A DNA stretch of 43,943 nucleotides from Eubacteriales bacterium (GTDB lineage Bacteria; Bacillota; Clostridia; Oscillospirales; JAAYXM01), in assembly GCA_045544695.1 (NCBI GenBank), contig JAZPZP010000022.1, forward strand, positions 1-43,943, read 5' to 3'. Position 1 is the first letter of the stretch, and the number at the start of each line of letters is the position of its first letter. Below are positions 1 to 8,327 of this stretch, one piece after another. The notes below the pieces were generated by a model that was not told the origin of the DNA, made no database searches, and saw nothing but the letters and a program-made list of their open reading frames with translations. Both the position numbers and the translations under genes were made by a program.

Positions 1-3000
1 AAGGTCTACAAACTTCTTGCCACTATCGCCTCCCGGTGTCACTGTCGGATCTTCCGGTTTCGGATCCTCTTCCTTCGGTTCTTCCGGCTTCGGCTCATCG
101 GAGCCGCCGCCTCCGCCACCGCCGCCGACATCGCCCGGATCACTATCTCCCGGAATTGTGTCGCCGCTTGCAACATTACCGCCGGTTGAGTTTGCTACAT
201 TGATGTCAACATAAAGAGTACTTTCAAGTAATCCGTCGCTTACAACGAATGATACGAAGTTGTCTCCACGGTCTGCTGAGGTCGGTGTCCAGCTAAAGGT
301 CTGGGTTACTTCATCAAATACCATTCCTTCTGCCGAATCCTTCATCTTGAAGTTGAGCGGATTTCCTGTCTGGCTGGTTGCTGTTACTCTGAAGCTTACA
401 GTGTTACCTGCTTCAACCGACTGTTCAGGAACCGCATCAACAATAGGACTTTTCTCATCATATGTCGGGAGCGGAATTTCAAAGCTCATTCCCTCGCCCA
501 TCAAATAATTAAAGCCCTTTGTTTCATCAGTTTCGTCAACATAACTGAGTGTTGTGGTTGTCATACCTACATCGAGTATAACCCTTGTCGGATCATTTGC
601 ATCAACAGTTGCATTTTCAATCTTATAAGTACTGTTTGCCTCTCCATTACTTCTGCTTCCGTTGTCAATATAGATATACTGACCGATTATCTTATTAACA
701 TCAAAGTCACCGTTCATCTTAACCGTGATATTGTTGTCAAGCGTGAGTTCACGGGTAAAGTCAACAACTGTTCCCGTATACTTTGCTGTACCGGTCATTC
801 CTGCAAGGAATGTACCGTCGTTCATATAGGTGTAAATCGGAGCACCGTTCTGAACTCCCGCTTCATAAGTTACAACACCTACAAATGCGCGCATATCGAA
901 TCTGTTATCAACCGTGTAGGTTACGGTATTGTTTGTAGCATAGATGATATAGTCCTCTCTTCCACCTTCAAGAGTTACCTTGACTGCGCGAGATGCATCA
1001 TTCTTGCCTTCGTAACCGGACTTGATTACAACCGGAACTTCCTCTACCGAGAGAATATACGGATTATTCTTATACGGCTGAATTACAGTTGTATAGAGTG
1101 AGTCTAAATCCTTACCCTTCCGACGAGCCATAATCTGCTTGATGAGAGCAGGCGAGTTATTTGACTTTGGTGGACGCGTGTCACCATAAGCAAACTCGGT
1201 AATCTCATTATCTGTATTGAGCATAGTAAGCTTCATATGTAAATCCGGATCCCCCGGAAGCACATTGAAGTAGTCGCGGATTTTAAAGTCGGCGCTTATT
1301 GTCGGCGCGGTCGGATTTGCAGCTCTGTAGATATTCTTAAGCCAGGTAAATCCAACAGGAGATCTGAGTTTTGAGTGCCAATCATTTTCCCACATTTCAT
1401 CTTCGCCGTACGGAATGTCCGGACCTGCGTAAGAAGACTCAACCGGGTTGCCGAATTTATCAGTCGTCATTTTCTGCTGCTCGACCATTGGAATATCAAC
1501 TTCGATTTCATCGCCCTGAGCGTGGAAGTTATAGATATGGTCGTTGCCACCTTTTACACGGAAGAAGTCTACAGCATAGCTTACATCGTCATTATAATCG
1601 ACCTCAACGACTGTTCTTCGGAAGATTTCTGTAGAATCGTAAAGCTCAGGAACATCAACATCCATAACCTTTACCTTGCCCGAATCGTCAAAGTGATACG
1701 GGTCGCCGGAAATAACGCCGTTTTCTGATGCTTCGGTATATGTCTCGCCCTTCTTCTCAACAACGAACACCGTGTTATGAGCCATCGGAGTTGAACTCCA
1801 TGTGATACGGTTACAGTTAACCGACTTATAATCAGGGTTACCGAGGTCCGGCGCCATATTGATACCATATGCAACGAGACCTAAATTGAGGTGACCTGCA
1901 TGACCGTGACCACCGTTGCGGCCGTAATACATCCAGTAGCTTCGCTGAGTATCAAGTGGGTTGTTTGCAACCTTCCACTCACCGTCGCGGGTAATCATAA
2001 GTCCGAATCCGCCAAGGTTTGTGCTTTCAAGCTCAAGACCCTGACCCTTTTCATCAATTACCGCCTGAACCTCATCCTGAATTGCAAATGGGTCACGACT
2101 TGCAACGCCGTAAGACAATCCCGAAAGGTCGCCGTCACAAAGGAGATAAATCATACGCGCGATATTATCCTCACGTATGCCAGCACCCCAGGCTGATGTA
2201 AAGAGGCCTAAGTTTGCTATGTTATCGGGTTTTGCAAAGTAGCCGGTGTCACCGATATTCGGCGTGTAACGGCTTGCCATTGTAAGCTCAGTTGTTGCGA
2301 AAATCATTCTGCGATATTTCGGATGGTTGTAAATATCAGCTCCTGCATAGGTATCTTTGTAACCGTCAAGCACACCTGCGATGTTACCCATGGAGTTAAT
2401 CCAACCGAGGTTATAGCCCGGGGCCGCTTCGTTACCCCAACCGTCACGGTCAACATTGGTTACAAGTGATGAGTTTACATTACCCTTTTCGCCAACAATA
2501 CCTCCACCATTCGAGTTTTTACTCGACTCAAAAATCCAGTCAATCCATTCTTTGCTTTCAGGCATCGTATCCAAAACAACACCGATAGTTGCCATAACGT
2601 GCTGCGGATAACCGAAGTTGCCCCAAATTTCCGTCGTGTGGATACCCTGTCGTATTGCACGGAGAAGTCCGTTATCTGAGTTAAAGCGAATTAAATCAGC
2701 ACTTGTCTTCGGATTTTCAAGGTTATACTTCTTAGCCTTTTCTGAAAGAATCTGAATTACCTTAGGATTCTCCATTGCCGGCCAGAGAGCATCGTAAGAA
2801 TCTGCAAGACGAACCGCCAAGCCATAGTCTGCGATACATCCAAGTACAGTTCCCTTACCTGAACCGCCTGACGATGAAACATACACATATCGCCATTCAG
2901 GATTAAGGTGCATTGTCGGATAAATATCCGCAACGCGGTCTAAAATTACCGCACCGGCGATACCGTATTTCTCCTCACCTGTGTACTTGTATGCTTCTGA

Positions 3001-6000
3001 AAGCGAGAAGAGCGCTTTATTTATAGGACCGCCGGAGTTGTAGTTCCAAGCTGATGTCCACAATGCGTGGTTATATCTCGGAATGTAGCAGTGAACGATT
3101 TTAACTCTGTCGTTCGGAGCAGGAAGATACTTGCCCGAATCATAGCCGAAGCCGTTATCAACACCCCAGTTTGGCTCTTCCTCTGTGTTCTTTTCCGGGT
3201 GAAGAACATTAGTTAAATAACCTGCCTCGCCATTGGCAACAAGTTCTGCATTCCTTTGCTTTGAAAGTTCTTCACTCCAGAGGCCGTGTTCATCCAGACC
3301 GAGCTCGTAGTACTTGCCGAAGTCATTTGATGGGAAGTATCTACGGCATTCTGAACACTGAACTTTCCAAGCTGTCTCAAGTGGATTTATAATAAATCCG
3401 CCACTGACCGCACCGAGGTCGGTCTCGCAATAATAGCAATAGTTGTAATTCGGGTCGCCGTACATCTGCACGCCACGCGGAAGCTCATTCGATGTGATGA
3501 GGTTGCAGATTTCTTCATATTTGTCCACATATAAATCAGCTGCTTTTACCGCATTGTTAAGCGTCGGCGCTGCCCAATCATACTTATCAAAGTTTGCGCG
3601 CATAACTTCAAGAGTCTCGTCTGTCGTTCTTGTTCGACGCGACTTGAGTGTACCCGCAATAACATCGAATGTAGTACTCTTGTTAATTCCCTGAAGCGTT
3701 GCATTAACTGTAATTGTTGCAAAGCCATTTGCGTGTGCGGTAACAGTACCATCTGCACTTACCGTTGCAATCTCCTCATTCGACGAAGAATAAGTATATG
3801 TTGCCTGTTCCGCTTCTGCCGGAACACTCGGAGTTGTGTTTAAAATTCCGCAAGAAGCTCCGAGTGATAAGACATTATTCGTCTTGCCGTTATCAAGCTT
3901 GGATGTCAAGCTATCAAGCGGTTTAGCACCCGATAAATGAAGTGTATTGAGATAGAGCGTTCCTGCCTTACCGGATGTCGGAGCAGGGTCTACCTCGGTA
4001 CACTTAATAATAAAATAATACTCTGTCTGACCGGTAAGTGGGAGAAGACCTAAGTCAACATACTGTAAAGTTCCGAGAGCTGATGACTGAACATCGTAAA
4101 TTGCAGCTGCCGGAGTAGTTGCCATCTTATCCTCAATAGCATCAGGGCTGATGTTGCCCGGGAGGATATAAACCTCTGCCTTCTTAGCATTTGCGCTACC
4201 GCTGTATGTCATTGTACCTGCATAAAGACCCGGAGTAGGTGCTTTAAGTTTAAATACAACATACTGGCCTGCTTTTTCATTTAAAATCTGAAGTGCGCCA
4301 TAGAAAGAGGATACCCAGTTGGTATTCTTTGAGCTATGTTTAACATAAACCCAGTTTGGGTTCTTGCTTTCATTGTAATCCGTAAGAGTTGACGCCATTT
4401 CGCCCGAGCGTGAAAGTCCGCTTATAAAGTCGTAGGTAACGCTGTGTTCAATACCCGGCTGAATCGGGTTTTCAATCTCGGTTAAAACCTCAACTTCTTG
4501 TGAAGCTGTCTTTGTAACGGTATCGAGTGTTACGCTTACGGAAATTAAAGAGTTGCCGCCGGCAACACCGAGCATTGCTCCGGTTGCCTCATCAATTGCA
4601 ACAGCAGCGGTATTACTTGATGAATAAGTAATAGTAGCGCCCGATAAATCGGCATCTGTTCCATCATCCAGCTTACCTGTAACGGTAGCAGTTGCCGCGC
4701 CACCTATTGCAAGCGCTTTAACTACATCAAGCGAAATGCTTTCAAGCTTTGGAATAACGGGAGCCGGCTCATTTCCGTCAAATATGAGCTTGGTTGCGGT
4801 AAGAGTTGCATAACCGTGAGTTGCATCGTCTCCAACACCGTCTGCCTGGAGAACTAAAACATACTCGGTATCTTTGCGAAGCGCAACTTCGCCAAGTGTT
4901 GCGATATTTTCGCCCTCTGCATAAGCAAATGTTCCTGCCGGAGTTGATGATTTAACTAAAGCTTCAATATCCGAAAGCTTTGTATCACCTGCGAAAACAA
5001 AAATCTTGCCATTTTTTGCACCAATATGGTTTTTATATGCAAGCTTAAACTGATATGCGCCCTCATTTCCGCTCTTAAACTTAATCGCACTCCATGCGCC
5101 GTCATCCATACCGATAAAATTAACGGCACCTGCACGAGTTGTCGAGCGACCCGCGAGATTCATATAGTTTCCAAAATATGTCCAACGGGCATTTTTATCA
5201 GCATTATAATCTGTGAGTAAATCAAGATTTTCGCCATCATCTGCAAGGCCTGTCATAAGGTTGATTTCATTCGATGTGCTCTCACCGCCGTAGCTTACAC
5301 AAACTATGTCGCGTGATACAGTCTTTGTAACGCCATCGAGTGTAACGGTTGCCTTGAGTGTTGCACTGCCGTCACTTACTGCTACGAGAGTTCCATCATC
5401 AATAATCTTTAATATGTTCTCATTTGAACTCTTTAAGATAACCTCTGCAAGATTTTTCGCAGAAAGGTCAGCTGAATCACCGTTTTCAAGTGTTGCTGTG
5501 ACAATAGTAGTTGCCGGAGCATTCTTTGAAATGGTATCACTTGATACGATGAGGTTAACCTGGTCAAGCGGAGACGGAGCTTCGCCTATGAGTTCTAAGT
5601 TAGTTAAACTCATACCTGCGTATCCGGTACCCTGTGAGTTTGTATTATACTTAGTCGGAATGAATACAAGAAGCATTTCTGCATCTTCATTATACATATC
5701 AATCTGACCGAGCTTTATTGTGTCGCCTACTACGCCGTCATAGTTGACTATACCAAGCGGCACAGATTCTTTAGCTTTTGCCGCAATCTGCTCTTTCGGA
5801 GTATTTGCCGGAAGAGCATAAATCTTCATCTGGAGCGCACCCACATGGTTTGCCCACTTGAAGTATCCGGTATATCTACCCTGTTTCGGAGCCTTTACAG
5901 TAAACGCGATATATGTATTTTCACTCTTTGTATTCGAGTTAAATCGCATAGCAAGGCCATAGAAGCCCTCACAGCTTATAGCGCCATTCATTGAATGGAA

Positions 6001-7983
6001 CTTCCAATTTGCATTCTTCGCTTCGTTATACTCTGTCAAAAGATCGGTTCTTTCATCGTAAAGACCTGCAACGAAGTCGTATTTTGTATTATTTACCTTA
6101 CCTGCATAAGGAAGAGTATGAATAGCAGTTAAATCAATCGTTTTCTTTAATGTAACTTTACCCAAAGTAACCTTAACTTCAATTGACACAAGACCCTTAT
6201 CAAGTGCGGTAACAACACCGTCTGTCGAAACCTCTGCAGTTTCCGGTGTCTTGCTTGTGTATTCAATTGTTGCAGCACTTAAATCTGCTGCTTCTCCATT
6301 CGCGAGCTTACCTGTAACCGAAAGCTTTGTGGTCTCACCCTTTTCGATTGTATCAAATGAGCTTGAAATGTTAATTTCGGAAAGAGCCTCCGGATTTGCG
6401 CCGTTAAATGATACCGAACGGAAGAACATACCCTGACTGCCGATACCACCGTTTGCCATTTCTTCACTATCGGTATTTAATACCTCCGATGTGATAACAA
6501 GGACTTTCTCCTTGCCCGCATCCTTTGCCTTGACGATATATTCGCCAAGCTTAATGGTTGTGTTTTCATCAGCCTTTTCAACGTTATCAACCATTACGCC
6601 GCTAAAATGCTGACCTGCCTTGCGATTGTTCACCTCGTAAAGCGCAGTTGCATTTGCATCGCAGATATATAAGTCTACCTGCGGAGCAGTGTAGTAATTT
6701 CTATGAGTAAATTCAACGGAATACTTACCTGGCTCGGTCGGGAGCTTAATTGTAAATGTCGCAACATTACGGAAGTCAGGACGACCCATAGAAAGGCGCA
6801 TCCAGCCGTCAAATGCGCATGTGTTGTTCGCATCATACCAATGCTGTCCATTGTATTTCCAGTTCGGGTTGGTTTTCGCATTGTAATTTGCAAATGCACT
6901 CGGCTTTGTGTCCTTGGCAGCAGCAGTGCCGTCCTCAAAGCCATAGCGGAAGTCATATGTTACAGAAGCGTTAACACCCGCCCAATCATTAGTGTCTACA
7001 AGAACTCTGTTAACACAATTAAACTCAATTGTATCGGTCTTGGTAACACCGTCAAGTGTAACGGAGGCCTCTACTTTTCCTGTTCCCTCTGCCTTATATG
7101 TAACCTGATTACCGTCTAAAGTAATAAAGTCGGGAGTAAGGTTCTTGTAAGATATATCCTGTGTTGTAATATTCGCGGTTGCGTTATCGGTCATCTTGCC
7201 AGAAACAGACAACTCCGCAGTATTGTCAACCGGGTTTAAGTCGGTCTTATTTGCCGTAACTTCAATTGATGCAAGAGACGGTGGGGCTGATCCGTCAAAG
7301 ATTATGCTATAAAGATAGGAACCGTAAAGACCTACATTTGTTCCATTTGTTCCGCTGGAATCAGCAGAAGCTATCATAGCAAACTTAACTTCCTTGCCTG
7401 CCATTTCCTCGGTAACCTCAAAAGTGCCAATACGCCAAGTCTGGTCAACGCCCTTTGTACCGCTGCCAATGTAATTTGCACTTGTGGTTACAAGAGATTC
7501 CTTTGTTACAGTTGCATCTTTATCAAAAATAAATGTATCGTACTTATTCGTACCGTATGGCACTTCAGTCTTTACCTTAACAGCATACTTACCCGGAGTC
7601 TGCGGCAAGATAATCTGAAGTGTAAAGAATTGATCTCTTGTTTCCGCACGGTAGAGAAGTCTGTTCCATGTATCAACCGCGAGGTAATTACTATATGTAA
7701 CATAGTCACCCTTTGAATACCAGTTCGGGTTGCCCGAATTTGTGGTACTGTGGTTAATCTTTGTACCGTCGGTAAAAACCTTGTTGAGAGCATCAAACGC
7801 TCTTAAGTCCGGCGCTTTACCTACAGCGTCAACACGCGGGAAAGCATAAGTTGTCGTTGCTGCACTGCCCGCCCACTCTGCTGCCTGACCAAACACAAAA
7901 AGGCCTGTCGGAATAAAACCTACAAGCATTACAAGTGTTATGATAAGCGCTATAATTTTTTTGGATTTAAAAACAGTTTTCAT
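1..7983 (-). CDS. Giant secreted multidomain protein, partial (at least 2661 aa in window; C-terminus runs off the left edge). Order: signal peptide, 5x [unassigned module + Big_2 Ig-like domain], heparinase II/III-like polysaccharide-lyase region, cadherin-like domain, Gly/Pro/Glu/Lys linker
   Basis: Absent from the ORF track because no stop codon lies inside the window. ATG at 7983-7981, with GGAGG at 7990-7994 (6-nt spacer). I read the reverse complement through the whole region. The frame was verified codon by codon at 7983-7861, 5580-5551, 3438-3346, 1920-1882 and 130-1, always with codons ending on multiples of 3. All minus-strand track ORFs in 1-7983 sit in one other frame. Translation starts MKTVFKSKKIIALIITLVMLVGFIPTGLFVFGQAAEW and contains GRNGGHGHAGHLNLGLVAYGINMAPDLGNPDY...MAHNTVFV. 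Confidence 0.9.
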   Translation of the reverse strand, partial: MKTVFKSKKIIALIITLVMLVGFIPTGLFVFGQAAEWAGSAATTTYAFPRVDAVGKAPDLRAFDALNKVFTDGTKINHSTTNSGNPNWYSKGDYVTYSNYLAVDTWNRLLYRAETRDQFFTLQIILPQTPGKYAVKVKTEVPYGTNKYDTFIFDKDATVTKESLVTTSANYIGSGTKGVDQTWRIGTFEVTEEMAGKEVKFAMIASADSSGTNGTNVGLYGSYLYSIIFDGSAPPSLASIEVTANKTDLNPVDNTAELSVSGKMTDNATANITTQDISYKNLTPDFITLDGNQVTYKAEGTGKVEASVTLDGVTKTDTIEFNCVNRVLVDTNDWAGVNASVTYDFRYGFEDGTAAAKDTKPSAFANYNAKTNPNWKYNGQHWYDANNTCAFDGWMRLSMGRPDFRNVATFTIKLPTEPGKYSVEFTHRNYYTAPQVDLYICDANATALYEVNNRKAGQHFSGVMVDNVEKADENTTIKLGEYIVKAKDAGKEKVLVITSEVLNTDSEEMANGGIGSQGMFFRSVSFNGANPEALSEINISSSFDTIEKGETTKLSVTGKLANGEAADLSAATIEYTSKTPETAEVSTDGVVTALDKGLVSIEVKVTLGKVTLKKTIDLTAIHTLPYAGKVNNTKYDFVAGLYDERTDLLTEYNEAKNANWKFHSMNGAISCEGFYGLAMRFNSNTKSENTYIAFTVKAPKQGRYTGYFKWANHVGALQMKIYALPANTPKEQIAAKAKESVPLGIVNYDGVVGDTIKLGQIDMYNEDAEMLLVFIPTKYNTNSQGTGYAGMSLTNLELIGEAPSPLDQVNLIVSSDTISKNAPATTIVTATLENGDSADLSAKNLAEVILKSSNENILKIIDDGTLVAVSDGSATLKATVTLDGVTKTVSRDIVCVSYGGESTSNEINLMTGLADDGENLDLLTDYNADKNARWTYFGNYMNLAGRSTTRAGAVNFIGMDDGAWSAIKFKSGNEGAYQFKLAYKNHIGAKNGKIFVFAGDTKLSDIEALVKSSTPAGTFAYAEGENIATLGEVALRKDTEYVLVLQADGVGDDATHGYATLTATKLIFDGNEPAPVIPKLESISLDVVKALAIGGAATATVTGKLDDGTDADLSGATITYSSSNTAAVAIDEATGAMLGVAGGNSLISVSVTLDTVTKTASQEVEVLTEIENPIQPGIEHSVTYDFISGLSRSGEMASTLTDYNESKNPNWVYVKHSSKNTNWVSSFYGALQILNEKAGQYVVFKLKAPTPGLYAGTMTYSGSANAKKAEVYILPGNISPDAIEDKMATTPAAAIYDVQSSALGTLQYVDLGLLPLTGQTEYYFIIKCTEVDPAPTSGKAGTLYLNTLHLSGAKPLDSLTSKLDNGKTNNVLSLGASCGILNTTPSVPAEAEQATYTYSSSNEEIATVSADGTVTAHANGFATITVNATLQGINKSTTFDVIAGTLKSRRTRTTDETLEVMRANFDKYDWAAPTLNNAVKAADLYVDKYEEICNLITSNELPRGVQMYGDPNYNYCYYCETDLGAVSGGFIINPLETAWKVQCSECRRYFPSNDFGKYYELGLDEHGLWSEELSKQRNAELVANGEAGYLTNVLHPEKNTEEEPNWGVDNGFGYDSGKYLPAPNDRVKIVHCYIPRYNHALWTSAWNYNSGGPINKALFSLSEAYKYTGEEKYGIAGAVILDRVADIYPTMHLNPEWRYVYVSSSGGSGKGTVLGCIADYGLAVRLADSYDALWPAMENPKVIQILSEKAKKYNLENPKTSADLIRFNSDNGLLRAIRQGIHTTEIWGNFGYPQHVMATIGVVLDTMPESKEWIDWIFESSKNSNGGGIVGEKGNVNSSLVTNVDRDGWGNEAAPGYNLGWINSMGNIAGVLDGYKDTYAGADIYNHPKYRRMIFATTELTMASRYTPNIGDTGYFAKPDNIANLGLFTSAWGAGIREDNIARMIYLLCDGDLSGLSYGVASRDPFAIQDEVQAVIDEKGQGLELESTNLGGFGLMITRDGEWKVANNPLDTQRSYWMYYGRNGGHGHAGHLNLGLVAYGINMAPDLGNPDYKSVNCNRITWSSTPMAHNTVFVVEKKGETYTEASENGVISGDPYHFDDSGKVKVMDVDVPELYDSTEIFRRTVVEVDYNDDVSYAVDFFRVKGGNDHIYNFHAQGDEIEVDIPMVEQQKMTTDKFGNPVESSYAGPDIPYGEDEMWENDWHSKLRSPVGFTWLKNIYRAANPTAPTISADFKIRDYFNVLPGDPDLHMKLTMLNTDNEITEFAYGDTRPPKSNNSPALIKQIMARRKGKDLDSLYTTVIQPYKNNPYILSVEEVPVVIKSGYEGKNDASRAVKVTLEGGREDYIIYATNNTVTYTVDNRFDMRAFVGVVTYEAGVQNGAPIYTYMNDGTFLAGMTGTAKYTGTVVDFTRELTLDNNITVKMNGDFDVNKIIGQYIYIDNGSRSNGEANSTYKIENATVDANDPTRVILDVGMTTTTLSYVDETDETKGFNYLMGEGMSFEIPLPTYDEKSPIVDAVPEQSVEAGNTVSFRVTATSQTGNPLNFKMKDSAEGMVFDEVTQTFSWTPTSADRGDNFVSFVVSDGLLESTLYVDINVANSTGGNVASGDTIPGDSDPGDVGGGGGGGGSDEPKPEEPKEEDPKPEDPTVTPGGDSGKKFVDL
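196..447 (-). other. Cadherin-like / dystroglycan-type 'putative Ig' domain near the C-terminal end
   Basis: PIVDAVPEQSVEAGNTVSFRVTATSQTGNPLNFKMKDSAEGMVFDEVTQTFSWTPTSADRGDNFVSFVVSDG follows the typical F-x-W-x-P...G-x-x-x-V-x-V-x-V-S-D-G pattern. It is followed by eight Gly codons (103-126) and SDEPKPEEPKEEDPKPEDP. Confidence 0.5.
446..3651 (-). other. Heparinase II/III-like (alpha/alpha-toroid + beta-sandwich) polysaccharide-lyase region of the giant protein
   Basis: GGFGLMITRDGEW...GRNGGHGHAGHLNLGLVAYGINMAPDLGNPDY...STPMAHNTVFVVEKKGE (nt about 1768-1960) matches the conserved GHGH-x-D/H...D-x-G...AHNT core of the heparinase II/III family as I remember it. An upstream helical region starts at DETLEVMRANFDKYDWAAPTLNNAVKAADLY. 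No HMM search was possible. Confidence 0.65.
3652..7881 (-). repeat. Five tandem protein-level units, each an unassigned ~180-210-aa module followed by a ~85-90-aa Big_2-like Ig domain
   Basis: Approximate borders (nt): module1 7285-7881 / Big_2 7020-7284; module2 6391-7019 / Big_2 6121-6390; module3 5581-6120 / Big_2 5296-5580; module4 4750-5295 / Big_2 4483-4749; module5 3925-4482 / Big_2 3652-3924. Recurrent module signatures: FANYNAKTNPNWKY / LTEYNEAKNANWKF / LTDYNADKNARWTY / LTDYNESKNPNWVY (degenerate NSGNPNWYS in module 1). A second signature is F-x-h-K-x-P-x-x-G-x-Y (FTIKLPTEPGKYSV, FTVKAPKQGRYTG, FKLKAPTPGLYAG). Big_2-like stretches look like TTKLSVTGKLANGEAADLSAATIEYTSKTPETAEVSTDGVVTALDKGLVSIEVKV. 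The units are divergent at DNA level. Confidence 0.7.
7882..7983 (-). other. Sec-type signal peptide of the giant protein (residues 1-34, by eye)
   Basis: Lys-rich n-region (MKTVFKSKK), hydrophobic core IIALIITLVMLVGFIPTGLFVF, and a small-residue site GQA|AEW. No predictor was run. Confidence 0.6.
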
Positions 7984-8116
7984 ATTGCCCCTCCATTTCT
8001 TTTTGAAAGCTATGTTAAATTACCCCTTATGCTAAGCATATCAAAATATTTTTTTATTTACTTTGCATATTCTATTTTTTTATTGATGAATTTCATTGAA
8101 TAAGCCTCTTTTTTAT

Positions 8117-8144
8117 ATTATATCATAAATACAAATATAATCAA
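8117..8144 (-). promoter_or_regulatory. SigA-type promoter of the giant gene
   Basis: Minus strand reads TTGATT (8144-8139), 16-nt spacer, TGaTATAAT (extended -10; TATAAT at 8122-8117). It lies about 125 nt upstream of ATG 7983. Confidence 0.55.
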
Positions 8145-8178
8145 CAAAAAACCGCCTCTCAAAACTTGAAAGACGGTT
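8145..8178 (-). terminator. Intrinsic terminator-like hairpin between carB and the giant-gene promoter
   Basis: Arms 8150-8157 / 8171-8178. The minus-sense RNA AACCGUCU...AGGCGGUU pairs over 8 bp including one G-U, followed by UUUU. In plus sense the same stem has a C-A mismatch but an 8-U tail, so it could act in both directions. Confidence 0.5.
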
Positions 8179-8321
8179 TTTTTTAAATTTATTTTCTTAG
8201 GTTTAGTCCTCTCAGGGTGCCGCAAAACGCTTGCGGCACCGTCAAGAGGCTTGAGAAAGGAAAATAAAAGAGTGGGATAGCAAAATAAAATAATGAAACA
8301 AAAATGCAACTTTTTAACTCT
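8145..8321 (-). ncRNA. Candidate ~175-nt structured non-coding transcript, or leader of the giant gene; family unknown
   Basis: Bounded by the promoter at 8328-8356 and the terminator at 8145-8178. It contains an ~81-nt extended hairpin (8188-8268): a perfect 10-bp core GGTGCCGCAA/TTGCGGCACC (8216-8225 / 8231-8240, loop AACGC), then CCTCT/AGAGG (8208-8212 / 8245-8249), then an 11-bp AU stem with one bulge (8188-8198 / 8258-8268). There is no ATG with an RBS inside. Confidence 0.3.
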
Positions 8322-8327
8322 GTTAAA

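Noticed and set aside
103-126. (GGN)8 run as a slipped-strand phase-variation tract
   Set aside because: The codons are mixed (GGC/GGT/GGA), so the repeat is imperfect. Any length change would stay in frame. It is more simply a flexible Gly linker.
5306-7119. Plus-strand ORFs 5306-5707 (133 aa) and 6703-7119 (138 aa), plus other 60-117-aa ORFs within 1-7983
   Set aside because: All lie antisense to, or out of frame with, the continuous giant minus-strand frame. They have Ser/Val/Phe-rich antisense-type composition and no RBS.
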